Part shown: positions 33,350-45,886 of the stretch, one piece after another | Layout of the letters: each line of letters starts with the position of its first letter | How positions within the stretch are numbered: the first letter of the stretch is position 1 | Position numbers and translations under genes: made by a program | Assembly (NCBI RefSeq): GCF_036365525.1 | Contig: NC_090374.1 | Span: forward strand, 14,797,168 to 14,861,167 | Origin: Heterodontus francisci | Lineage: Eukaryota | Direction: 5' to 3' | DNA length: 64,000 nucleotides | Notes under the pieces: model-generated | Database searches by the model: none | The model's input: only the letters and a program-made list of their open reading frames with translations | What the model was told of the DNA's origin: nothing

Positions 33350-36300
33350 TATTCCATAGATTGGAGTAAGGGGCGCACGGAAAGAAGACTTTGCCGCGTG
33401 AGACGTAGTCAGAGTGTGAAGCTGGGAATTTGACTCGTGGGAATTCGGTGCAGAGGGGAAAAGAGGTGCTTCTTTTTCACCCTCCAGTAGCTGTCGAAGA
33501 AGCAAGTTGCTTCCCAGAAATAGAGGGGAACCTTGAGATAGCAGCGAGGGTTTGAAAAGTTACGATGGTGAGTCTGTGGGTTCAGAGCTTTCCAAAGAAA
33601 ATTGGTGTATGACATTACAGCAAAGAAGGAAAGTGATTGGTTGGTGAACATTTTCTTTTTTTTTCTTATATGAACTAAGGAATTTTAATTGGGTTTAGTC
33701 TAACATTATCTTCTGAGACTCAGGTAATTTATTAGTGAGGTTTCATTAGTAGTAAGCTTTACTGGCAGTAGTAAAGCTTATCAGTAGTGGTGGGGCTTAG
33801 TAGTAGTGGGGTTTATTAATTCTAAACTAAGAAAAATAAATTACTTAACACATAATAAAGCTGGCAGGGCAAGTGATGTTCCGGCTGCAGTATGTGGGAA
33901 CTGGTGGACGCTGGCGTGATCCACGGTAAACGTGTCTTCAGTAAGTATATGCAGTGTGAGGAGTTTCGGCTCAGAGTCAATGAGCTGGAGGCCGAAGGCC
34001 GTCACACACCGCTGAGGATAGCGTCTTCTGATGTCAGTGGTCAGGGACAGGAGGGACTGTGAGTGAGGCAAGTAAGGGGATCGAGAAGGCAGAAGTGGAG
34101 GAGCCTCAGCCCTTGCAATTGTCCAACAGGTTTGAGGTTCTTTCAGCTTGTATGGATGAAAGCGAGGACTGCAGATGAGCAAACTGACTATGGCACCATG
34201 GTACAGAAAGAAATTCAAGTGGAGGGAGTAAGGAGAAATGTGGCGGGAGTAGGAGATAGTGTAGTAAGGGGGATAGACAAAGTTCTCAGCGGCCAAGAGC
34301 GAGAGTCCAGAAGGCTGTGTTGCCTGCCCGGTGCCAGGGTTCGGGACATCTGCTCGGGTCTGAAGAGAAACTTGCAGTGGGAGGGGGAGGATCCAGTTGT
34401 CGTAGTCCATGGGTAACAACGACATAGATAGGACTATGAAAGAGGTTCTACCTAAGGAGTATGAGCAGCTGGGGGCTAAATTATAAAGTAGACCCTCAAA
34501 GGCAATAATCTCTGGATCATTAACTGAGCTATGAGCAAATTGTTAGAGGGTAAATTAGATTAGAGGGTTAAATGTATGATTCAGAGTCCGGTGTGGTAGA
34601 TATTCGTTTTGATTCATTGGGCACTGGCACCAGTACTGGGGAAAGTGAGAGCTCTTATCATTGGGACGTTCTTCACCTGAACCATGCTGGGACCAGTTTT
34701 GTGGCGAGTCGTATAACTAGGGTGGTAGAGAGGATTTTAAACTAAATAGTGGGGGTGATGGGATCAACTGAGAGAAGATTAGATAATTTAAAGAGAGAGG
34801 AGAAGGCAAGAGAGCAAGTTAGTAATAAAGGAATTGATCATCTAAGTGTGGCAGAAAGGGACAGAGCGTAAGAGTGCACCAACAGATAAGGCCAGAGGTT
34901 GTGAATATAATAAAAAGACAGAACTAAAGGCACTCTATCTGAATGCACACAGCATTCACAACAAAGTAGATGAATTGACAGCACAAATAGAAGTAAATAG
35001 ATATGATCTGATTGCCATTATGGAGACATGGCTGCAGGGTGATCAAGGCTGGGAATTGAATGTTCAAGGGTATTAGACACTTCAGAAGGATAGGCAAAAA
35101 GGAAAAGGAGGTGGGGTAGCACTGTTAATAAAGGATGAGATCAGTACGTTAATGAGAGAGGATCTTAGAGTGAAAGATCAAGATGTAGAATCAGTTTGGT
35201 GAGAGCTAACTAACAGAAGGGACAGCAAACATTGGTAGGAGCATATAATAAGAGTAATGCAGTAATCATGGGGAATTTATTCTACATACTGTTGGGGTAA
35301 ACCTAATTAGCATTAATGTTATGAAGGACAAAATCCTGGAATGTATATGAGATGGTTTTTTAGAACAGTATGTTGAGGAACGAACTAGAAGACGGGCTAT
35401 TTTGGATCTCAATGTGCAATGAGAAAGCGTTGATTAATAATCTCATTATAAATGAATTCTAGGAAAGAGTGACCATAATATCGTAGAATTTTACTTTAAG
35501 TTTGAAAGTGATGTCGTTCAACTGAAATTAGGGTTAAATCTAAACAAAGGAAACTACAAAGGTATGAGGGGCATGTTGGTTGGGAAGATACATTAAAAGG
35601 TATGATGGTAGACAGACAATGGGCAGCATTTAAAGAATTAATACATGGTTTACAACAAATTTACATTCCTTTGAGACAAAAAAAGCCCAACAGGAAAGGT
35701 GATCCAACAATGCATAAATAGAGGAGTTAAATATTATGTTAGATCAAAGGAAGAGGCTTACAAAGTTGCCAAAAAAGTAGTAAGCCTGAGGATTGGGAGC
35801 AGTTTAGAATTCAGCAATGGAGGAGCAAGAAACTGATAAAGAAGTAGAAAATAAAATATGAAAGTAAACTAGTGAGAAATATAAAAACGGACTGTAAAAG
35901 CTTCTATAGGTATGTAAAAAGGAAAAGATTAGCAAAGACAAACGTGGGCCCATTACAGGCAAAGATAGGGGAATTTATAATGGGGAATAGGAAATGGCAG
36001 AGAAACTAAACAAATACTTTGTGTCTGTCTTAACAGAGAAAGATACAAAAAAATTGCCAAAAAACTAAAGAACCAAGGGACGAGCAGGAATGAGGTACTG
36101 AACAAAATTAGTATTAGTTAAAAAAAAGTAGTACCGAATAAATTAATGGGAGTGAAAATTTATAAATCCCCTAGACTTGATGATCTATATCCCAAAGTGT
36201 TGAAAGAGGTGGTTGTAGAGATAATGCGTGGTGATCATCTTCCAAAATTCTATAGATTTTCGAATGGTTTCTGGAGATTGAAAGGTAGCAAATGTAACCC

Positions 36301-36795
36301 CACTATTTAAGAAAGGAGGGAGAGAAAACTGGGGAACTACAGACCTGTAAGTCTGACATCAGTAGTAGGGGAAATGCTAAAATCTACTTTAAAGGATGTT
36401 ACAACTGGACACTTAGAAAATGATGGTAGGATTGAGCAGAGTCAACATGGATTTATGAAAGGGAAATCATGTTTGACAAACCTGTTAGAGTTTTTTGAGG
36501 ATATAACTTGCAGAATAGATAAGGGGAAACCAGTGGATGTGATATATTTGGATTTTCAGAAGGCATTCAATAAGGTCCCACATAGGAGATTCGTAAGCAA
36601 AATTAGAACACATGGGATTAGGGGTAATATACTGGCATAGATTGAAAATTGATTAATGGACAGAAAATGGAGAGTAGGAATAAACAGGCCATGACTAGCT
36701 GGGTACTGCAAGAATCATCACAATATATATCAATGATTTGGACATGGGCACCAAATATAATATTTTCAAGTTTGCTGATGGCACAAAACTAGTTG
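33350..36795 (+). mobile_element. Old CR1 LINE, 5' part (ORF1 esterase, EN, RT); continues at 40375-40420, 41770-41831 and 42246-43050
   Basis: VGDSVVRG..CLPGARV (34063..), YLNAHSI..METW (34846..), QHGF..DFQKAF (36374..); many stops and frameshifts. Confidence 0.85.
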
Positions 36796-36796
36796 C

Positions 36797-39700
36797 TCTT
36801 ATGATCCTGTTGTTTTTTGGGGGGAAAATATGTGGTGTGCCTTTGAGATGCCAAAAGATCTGAACTGCTTTAAGAACAAGCAAGCCTCAGGAGTTACCAA
36901 GAAGGTGCATTTTGGTTGCCCGTGGATACAACCATGTGGAGAGAGAGCCAACCAGGTTCCAAGGGTGCATCCTGGTTGCCTTGGATATAACCACTCGGAG
37001 ATTGAGGGTCGGTATACAATGCTACGATTGACTTTTAAAGTGGCTTTTTATTTGAGACAGATTGTTCTAACCGACAGACAGCTGGGCCAGCATGAACTGA
37101 CCAGAGATCTCTGTTAATTTAAACTGAAGAAAGTAAATTTAGACTATTTTACCCCCCCCCCACCCCCTCAAAATTCTAAAAGTTAAGCCACATTGATTTC
37201 TTTGAAAGTGGTAGCAAACTGTTGCTGTGTTCATCGCTGGACAAGAAGAACAACACTTCAACTGCTGAACTAGACTAGTGATTGTCCTACTGTTGGAGAA
37301 CCTTCCCCCCCACCATCCCCCATCAGACAACTGCGAAGACTTCGAGCAACATTGGATAGTTTCTACATTGGGAAGATTCCATTTCGACAGGAGTGTAAAT
37401 CTGCAAGGACTTTGTTACTTCTATTTTTAACTGTTGTTTTATCTTAATAGTGTTTAAGAATTTAGTTTTTCTAATAAACAGTTAATTTGTTGATCTAAAG
37501 ACACCTGGTTTAGTTCATACCATTCAGGGGTTAATAGATGGTTCAATTCGCCTGTGATTTTCCTTAGTTTGGAAAGTTTAAAGTTAGGCAATCTGTGGAG
37601 TGACAGGTCTCAATTGACAGTGCATTGCTCCCACCGCAATTAGAATTGTATATTTTTATTAGGGGCTTTGTCTTGAGCGGTCATGTCGTAACATATTAAT
37701 TGGGGGCTCGCTCATGATTGAATCTTATTTTAATTAAATGGCTCACATCTGGGGTCAGAATGAGACTAATTTGGAGGGTTTGCAATTGGAATCATATTAA
37801 TTACTCATTTCTGGGATAACATATTTAAATTGGGGTCAATTGGAAACTCAATTGTTGGGATCTAATGTAACGCCAATTACAAAGAAATAAAGAACCAGAT
37901 CTCTTGTATAATAAGGTAAAGTCTATACCATTATAATGGCATTAATGGTTGCAGCAGAGTTTTTGGGAAAGCAGAATGTTTCCCTGAGTGACTTGATAAC
38001 TTTAACTCAGAATAAATTAAAAGAATTGGCAGCAAAATTGGGGTTAGAATTGAAATTAGGTGCCAAAAAAGCAGAGATAATTGACATAATAGTCCAACAT
38101 CTGGAATTAGGAGAAGAAGATGATGAAGGAGAATATGAGGAACAAGAAAGCAATAGTTCAGAGAGTGATGCAGTGGTATTGGCTAGGATTCAGTTAGAAA
38201 TGAAAAAACTTGAGGATGAAAGGGAATTAAGAAAACTTGAATTGTAAAAAGAGGAAAGAGAAAAAGAAAAAGCAATAGTAATAAGTAAACTTGAACAAGA
38301 GAAAGAAACAACAAAAGACTTAAGCTTGAATTCCAGAAAGAGGATGGGAGAAAGAGTGGGAATTTAAATTAAAAGAGATGGAACTAAAACAAAGGGATGG
38401 TCTTGAATCCAGAGAAAGTTCAGGTCAGGAAGAATCTGAATTTAGCTCAGGACCCAGCGAAAAGCTGTTTAAATTTATACAGTCTCTTCCTACATTTGAG
38501 GAAAGGGATGTAGAGGCAGTTTTCATATCTTTCGTAAAAATAGCCAAACAGATGAAATGTCCGAAAGAAAGCTGGACACTGCTTATGCAGGGCAGGTTGG
38601 TAGGCAGAGCTCATGAAGTTTATGCCATGCTTCCTGAAGAGGCTTCTGCAGATTATGAGATGGCAAAAAAGGCTATTCTCACTGTGTATGAGTTAGTCCC
38701 TGATGCTTACGGTCAGAAGTTTAGGAACTTACGGAGATTGACTGGGCAGACATATTTAGAATTTGAGAGGATGAAGCAAATTATTTTTGACCATTGGATA
38801 CAGGCATTAAAGATAGAAACCACATATGAGAACCTTTGAGAATTGATTCTCTTAGAAGACTTTAAAAATGCCATTCCTTCAGTAGTGGGAACTCATATAG
38901 ATAACCTGAAAGTTTTGAAAGCTAGGCAAGCAGCAGAAATTGCTGATGATTTTGAGCTTGTGAATAAGCCAACCTCTTTTGTCCGTCACCCCCATAAACC
39001 TGAGAAGGATAGAAATTGGGAGAGTGAAAGGAAAGCAAGTAGCCGGGGACAAGAAGGAACAGCTGGGAATGCCTCAGGATCACCTCCTCAGGTCAGAAAG
39101 GAAGGTGCTGAGGATAGAAGTGAGGTTCGCAAGCCAATGTGTTATCATTGTAACAAAACGGGCCATGTTCGTTCAGAGTGCTGGAAATAGTGAGGTAAAC
39201 CCATAAGATCTGTTGGGGTATGCAAAGTTAGTGCACAGGAAAAGACTCCGACTGAGAGTATAGCAGACCAGGCTATAGCTTTGATGACAGCTATGAAACC
39301 AGATATTAGAACGAAAAGAGTGTAGAGGTTAAGAATAAAATACCTGAGAGTTACAATGAATTTCTGTCAAAGGGGTGAGTAACTCCTGTAAGTGAGACAG
39401 GAAAACCTATCATTATACTCAGCGACACAGGAGCAACCTAATCGCTCTTGCTAGAGAAAGATATAAGGGTTCCACCAGAGAGTGCCTTGAACCCTAAAGT
39501 TTTACTTAATGGAATTGGCGGGGTGTATATACGCATATCTTTGTATAAAGTATGCCTAGAGAGTGACTTAATATCTGAGATAGTTACTGTAGGTGTTGTC
39601 CATAGTTTACCAGTGAAGGGAACTGATCTACTCCGAGGAAATGATTTCTGGATCAACAGTATCAGTGTCTCCTAAAGTTACAGAGAAACCAAGTGAAATT

Positions 39701-40372
39701 AAGGAAATGGAGCAATTACTGGAACAATTTTTCGTGGATATTTCCTGCGTGTATAGTTACCCGAGCAATGGCTAAACAGGATCCATTGTTGGAGGTAAAA
39801 GGGGCACCACAAATAGATAGCCAAGTATCTGAAACCCTTATTTGGGGATTTAGATAATCCAAATGAGTTGTTTAACAGATCGTCTATCATTGCAGCACAG
39901 CAAGCTGATCCAGAGATATACCGAATAGCACAGAGAGTTCTGTCAGAAGCTGAGGAGACAGGAGTCCCAGAAGGCTGTTATATGGCAAACGGGGTTTTGA
40001 GGAGGAAATGGAGACCGCCTCATAGGCCTGCAGACAAAGGCTGGACAGTTGTTGAACAGATAGTAGTACGACCTAAATATCGCCAAGGATTATTAAGGTT
40101 AGCACACGACATTCCTTTTGCAGGACATAGGGGAATTTGAAAGACCAAATCACACATAAGCCTGGTCAGGTTTTACAAAGGATGTGAGACAATTTTGTAG
40201 GACATGCCATACCTGTCAAATGGTGGGAAAACCACAACCTACCATAAAACCAGCACCGCTAGTTCCCACATCAGTGATTGAGGAACCATTTAGCAGCGTG
40301 TTAGTAGATTGTGTAGGAACCTTGCCAAAAACAAAAGCAGGGCATCAATACATACTTAATATCATGGATATG
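36797..40372 (+). mobile_element. Gypsy (Gmr1-type) element: LTR, PBS, gag, protease, start of integrase; truncated
   Basis: LTR ends GTCGTAACA at 37693; PBS tgggggctcg (tRNA-Pro type) at ~37701; gag 37936-39190 with CYHCNKTGHVRSEC; DTGAT at ~39424; AHDIPFAGH, CRTCHTCQ, VDCVG. Confidence 0.85.
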
Positions 40373-40420
40373 GTAACAGTGGGAATGTGAGTTGTGAGGG
40401 GATGCAAAGAAGCATCAAGG

Positions 40421-41766
40421 GGATTACTCTCAATCATCAGTAAAGTGATGGAAGGTGTCATCAACAGTGCCATCAAGCGGCACTTGCTTAGCAATAAGCT
40501 GCTCAGTGACGCTCAGTTTGGGTTCTGCCACAGCGACTCAGCTCCTGACCTCATTACAGCCTTGGTTCAAACGTGGACAAAAGAGCTGAACTCAAGGTGT
40601 GAGGTGAGAGTGACTGCCCTTGACATTAAGACAGCATTTGACCGAGTATGGCATCAAGGAGCCCAAGCAAAACTGAGGTCAATGGGAATCAGGGGGAAAG
40701 TCCTCTGCTGGTTGGAGTCATAACTAGCGCAAGGTAAGATGGTTGTGGTTGTTGGAGGTCAATGACCTGAGCTCCAGGACATCACTGCAGGAGTTCCTCA
40801 GGGTAGTGTCCTCGGCCCAACCATCATCAGCTGCTTCATCAATGACCTTCCTTCAATCATAAGGTCAGAATTGGGGATGTTCGCTGATGATTGCACAATG
40901 TTCAGTAGCATTTGTGACTCATCAGATACTGAAGCAGTCTGTGTGGAAATGCAGCAAGACCTGGACAATATCCAGGCTTGGGCTGATAAGTGGCAAGTAA
41001 CATTTGCGCCACTCAAGTGCCAGGCAACGACCATCTCCAACAAGAGAGAATCTAACCATCTCCCCTTGACATTCAATGGCATTACCATCGTTGAATCCCC
41101 CACTATCAACATCCTAGGGCTACCATTGACCAGAAACTGAACTGGAGTAGCCATATAAATACTGTGGCTACAAGAGCAGGTCAGAGGTAGGGAATTCTGA
41201 GGCGAGTAACTCACCTCCTGACTCCCCAAAGCCTGTCCACAATCTACAAGGCACAAGTCAGGAGTGTGATGGGATACTCTCCACTTGTCTGGATGGGTGC
41301 AGCTCCAACAACACTCAAGAAGTTCGACAACAGGACAAAGCAGCCCACTTGATTGGCACCCCATCTACAAACATTCACTCCCTCCACCACCGACGCACAG
41401 TGGCAGCTGTGTGTACCATCTACAAGATGCACTGCAGCAACGCACCAAGGCTCCTTAGACAGCACCTTCCAAACCCGTGAGTTCTACCAACTAGAAGGAC
41501 AAGGGCAGCAAATGCATGGGAACACCACCACCTGCAAGTTCGCTTCCAAGTCACACACCATCCTGACTTGGAACTATGTCGCCGTTCCTTCACTGTCGTT
41601 GGGTCAAAATCCTGGAACTCCCTTCCTAACAGCACTGTGGGTGTACCTAGCCCACATGGACTGCAGCGGTTCAAGAAGGCAGCTCACCACCACCTTCTCA
41701 AGGGCAATTAGGGATGGGCAATAAATGCTGGCCTGGCCAGTGACGCCCACATCCCATGAATGAATT
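40421..41766 (+). mobile_element. CR1/L2-clade LINE (family B), 5'-truncated
   Basis: ALDIKTAFDRVWH, FADD, WADKWQVTF; 3' tail …gcccacatcccatgaatgaat. Confidence 0.85.
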
Positions 41767-41831
41767 AAAGAAAAGACAGGCCAAGTGAGTTGGCAGGAAC
41801 ATGGCAGATGGAATATAACGTGGAAAAATGT

Positions 41832-42245
41832 GGGCCGGAATTTGAGGTTGGGTGGGAGGCTCCACCCACCATCCATAACGTCAGGGGCAAGCCCGCCTTC
41901 GCCAGGCCTGGGAGCAACACCAAGATCATATGTCCCCCAGGCCCTAAGTTGGCCTTAGGTGGGACTTCTGCCAATCAGTGGGCCAGCAGCTCTCAGTACC
42001 AGCAGCGCTACTGCTGGAACTCCACCAAGATTCGGCAGCAAGAGGGACGCCGGTCCCGGATAAAGGTTTGTGAGGCTTCACCAGGGACAATTGTCTTGGC
42101 CGTTTCACGCCGCCACTGCCCCTGGTAAATTTGTAGTGGAGTCGGCAAGGCGTCGGGAATGGCACAGCGTGCCTCCCACTCAATTTTACAACTCCCCCCC
42201 ACCCATGCCACTAGCCCACTCCTGTAGGAGGTGTAAAATTCCAGC
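41832..42245. mobile_element. MITE-like insertion with short imperfect terminal inverted repeats
   Basis: ggccggaattt…aaattccagc, inserted into CR1 'aaatgtg^aagtt' with tgtg repeated on both sides. Confidence 0.6.
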
Positions 42246-43050
42246 TGTGAAGTTATTCACTTTGCTGGGAAGAACAGAAATGCAGAGTATTTCTTAAATG
42301 GTGAGAGATTGGGAAGTGTTGATGTCCAAAGGGACCTGGGTGTCCTTGTTCATAAGTCACTGAAAGCTAACCTGCAGGTGCAGCAAGCAATTAGGAAGGC
42401 AAATGCTATGTTGGACTTTATTGTAAGAGGATGTGAGTAGAGGAGTAAAGGAGTCTTGCTGCAATTGTGTAGAGCCTTGGTGAGACTGCACCTGGAGTAT
42501 TGTGTATAGTTTTGGTCTCCTTACCTAAGGAAGGATATACTTTCCATACAGGGAGTGTAATAGCGGTTTGCCAGACTGATCCTTGGGATGGTCGGATTGA
42601 GGAGACTGGGCCTATATTCTCTAGAATTTAGAAGAATGAGTGGTGATCTCACTGAAGCATACAAAATTCTTACAGGGCTCGACAGGGTTCTTGCAGGTAA
42701 GATGTTTCCCCTGGCTTGAGGCGTCTAGAACCAGGGGACACAGACTCAGAATAAGAGATAGGCCATTTAGGACTGAGATGAGAAGGAATTTCTTCATGCA
42801 GAGTCTGGTGTATCTGTTGAATTCTCTACCACAGAGGGCTATTGAGGCTCAGTCATTGAGTATGTCCAAGGAAAAGACTGATAGATTTCTAGACATTAAA
42901 GATGTCAAGGGATATGGGGATAGTGCAGGAAAAGGGTGTTGAAGTGGAAGATCAGCCATGATCAAGTTGATTAGTGGAACAGGCTCAAGGGGCTGAATGG
43001 CCGACTCCTGCTCCTAGTTCTTATGATCCTATGTTTCCAAGTTCCTATGT
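42246..43050 (+). mobile_element. CR1 3' part (continuation of the 33350 element)
   Basis: CEVIHF resumes; 3' tail ttcttatgatcctatg. Confidence 0.8.
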
Positions 43051-44649
43051 TCTTTCTGTATTTGTTCTTTCTCTTTGGCCTCATTTGGCTGGTTTAAGAC
43101 CACTGGGGCTGCTATCACTTTACCTCCAGCCAAATCATCGCCGAGCTGCAAATCTATTCCGGCCACAGGCAGACAATGAATAATCCCTATTGTAACTGGT
43201 CCAGATACTAGTGTAGGTGGATCCAATACAAGAGCACTGACATGTATCCATCTTCAGTGCCTCTTACCAGAACCTTTGCCTTGATTGAGCTGTCTGGTGG
43301 AACGGTCATCCTTTTACCCAGCATTAAGGAGTGAGTGGCCAATGAATCTCAGAGCAGAACAATGGATTTTCCTGTCTCATTAGAGGGATATGGGACACCT
43401 TTCCCTTTCAAACAAAATCCTGATAACCTTCAGGAATCTTTTCTACTTCTGCTACATCTGGGACAGTATTCTTTGAGGAGTGTATTACAGTGGTTCGGGT
43501 CACAGGCTTGTCTGCCTTGTTGCCTACTTGGGCTCCTTTTCCAACTCAGCTCTGTGAACTCCTACAAAATTTACTGTCTCCCCTTTAAATTCCAGCTTTC
43601 ACATGCCACGTTTTACTGCAATGGAAACACACAGGTCTGTGGAAAACATTCCTGCCCTTTGCACTTTATTTCCTTACTGGTGCAGGTCTTCTTGCATTCT
43701 CACTTTTGGTTCCCTTTTCACCAGCACCCCATCTTTTATTATTATTAATCCACTTTCTGTCCTTCCCAGAACTCTTGCGATTATTATAGATGGGTTTTCC
43801 ATGAAAAAGGATTTTTGAGTAAGCACATAATCATCTGCCATTTCAGCAGCTTCTCTTACCCTTGTAATTCTTTGCTCCTCCATATGAGTCTTTATGTTGA
43901 GGGGGATGCTATTTTTAAATCCTTCTCGTAAAATTATTTCTCTCAAATTTCCATTTGAGATTCTAACTTGAGAGATCGGATCCTGTGAACGAAAGCCATG
44001 AGTTTAATTCTTTCAAATTCAATAAAGGTTTGGGCAGGTTTTTTCCTAGCATTTCAAACCTGCGGCTGATAGGCACGTATGCATTTAAGATCGCAGTTTT
44101 AGTCTGTTCTTAATCAGAGGAGCTTTCTTCTGATAACATGGAATGAACTTCACAAGCTCTACCCACCAATTCATCTTGTACGAGGAGGGTCCAATATTCT
44201 TTTGGCCATCCTAGTCTGTATCTATTTTTTCAAAGAAGATAAAATGGAGCTCGACCTCTTCCTTATTACATTTTGGCACAAATTGTGAGTATCTTAAAAC
44301 AGCAAAGTTACTTTGCGAATTGTGGATCTAGTTTGAGTGGCTGGTTGCATTCTCACCTTGTACTTGCAGCCTTTCTAACTCAAACTTTCTCACCGCTTCC
44401 TGCCTTTCCTTTTGAAGTTGAAACTCTTCTTCCTCTTTTTCCTTTTGAAGTTGAAACCCTTTCCTCTTTTCTCAAGTGCAACTCCTCCCTCTCTTTCTGA
44501 ATTCTAGCTAGGGCCCTGTTTTCAGTATCAGATCCCATGGTTGCTTCTCCTGGTTCTGGGTTAAAATTAAAATGGCTCACTAGATTCTTCAACATTTTAG
44601 GTTTCTTTGTTTTTTGTTTGAAAGTGACTCCCACCTGGGCAGCTCAGGT
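43051..44649 (-). mobile_element. Gypsy element B: decayed gag-protease region
   Basis: REIILREGFKNSIP..IKTHMEE (43674..43946), GPVTIGIIHCLPVAGIDL.LGDDLAG (43029..43226); N-terminus continues at 52886. Confidence 0.75.
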
Positions 44650-45702
44650 TGTTACGACCAGGCGAGGAAGGGATCTCAGGCTCCTCTTTCGCCTCTTCTC
44701 TGGGTTGACCACAACAGGGTTTATCTTTTTTTAACACAGTGATTTAACTGACCACCTCAGTGAACAATTGCTCCAGTTTTCCTAATATAATTGCAAATGA
44801 ACCAACAAGACAGGTATTTTTGAGTGTAAACAAGAAAGATGTAAGTTTATTAACCTTATCACTCTAAACCGGTTAATATTACTAAAATACACTGCGCCTC
44901 CATGCCCATATTCACACAAGAGCCACACACACACACACACACACAAATAAATTACAGAGGGAAAAGCAAATTTTGGGAGGTTGGAGTAGAATCCTTAATA
45001 AATGCAGTTTAAATACTGAATCTCAGTCCCAGAGTCTTTAGTTGAAATTGTAGTCCTGAAGTCTTCGCTGGGCCATATGCACGGGTCGGGCTGGCTTCTC
45101 AGGTTCTGGAAGGCAGGAGAGGGACTTTATCCTTGTCCCCTGGTTGCTGACTGTAAGGATCTGTAAACTTGTCTTCCACCAGCGTCAGCTTGAGGCTTCT
45201 CAGGATCTGTACTGGAGAGAGAGAGAGAGAGATGCTGTTCCCTAGCTAGATCCCAGTTACTGTCTGGCTTCTGAGTCACCACTCACAAATCTCCTGAGTG
45301 GGCCAAGCAGTCATGTGATGTGACCACCTCTTTGTGTTTGAATCAGCATCTTCCGGAATGATCTTTGAAATTTTCCCCCGAGCTGTTCAGACATACTTGA
45401 TAGTGGGAGGTTTGGCTCTTTCAATGTCAATGGATGTCGATGGCTTTTGACGACCCCCATTGATAAGGTTATCCCAGATAAATGAATCGGAGAGCATCCC
45501 ATTGACCTGGCTCGACTGAGTAATCACATCTGTCTCCGGCCTGATTCTTTGGTGTTTTCATATGCAAATTGTGCGTGGCCAGCTTGGCTGCCAGCTGTTG
45601 CGTTTTCAAAAGTTATTTGTAACAATGTCCAGTACAAGTCTCAGGCAAAGTTCCATATGATGAAATTAATATTTCCATTTGGCATGTGGGGCTTCCGTCA
45701 CA
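44650..45702 (-). mobile_element. 3' LTR of Gypsy element A
   Basis: TGTTACGACC…CCGTCACA; homologous throughout to 51689-52885; contains (CA)n and (GA)n. Confidence 0.85.
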
Positions 45703-45886
45703 CCTCTGGACCATGCCGAATGAAATGTGACAATGGATGCATTTCATTATAGGAGTTAAAAAAAAGAGAAAACACTGGAAAACACACATGCATTTTTTCA
45801 TTCACTCTCATCCACTCTGTCATCCACTCAGAAATCTTAATATTGTTGCAGCTTGTCCTTTTTTCCTCTGAAGCAGCAGTGTTGAT

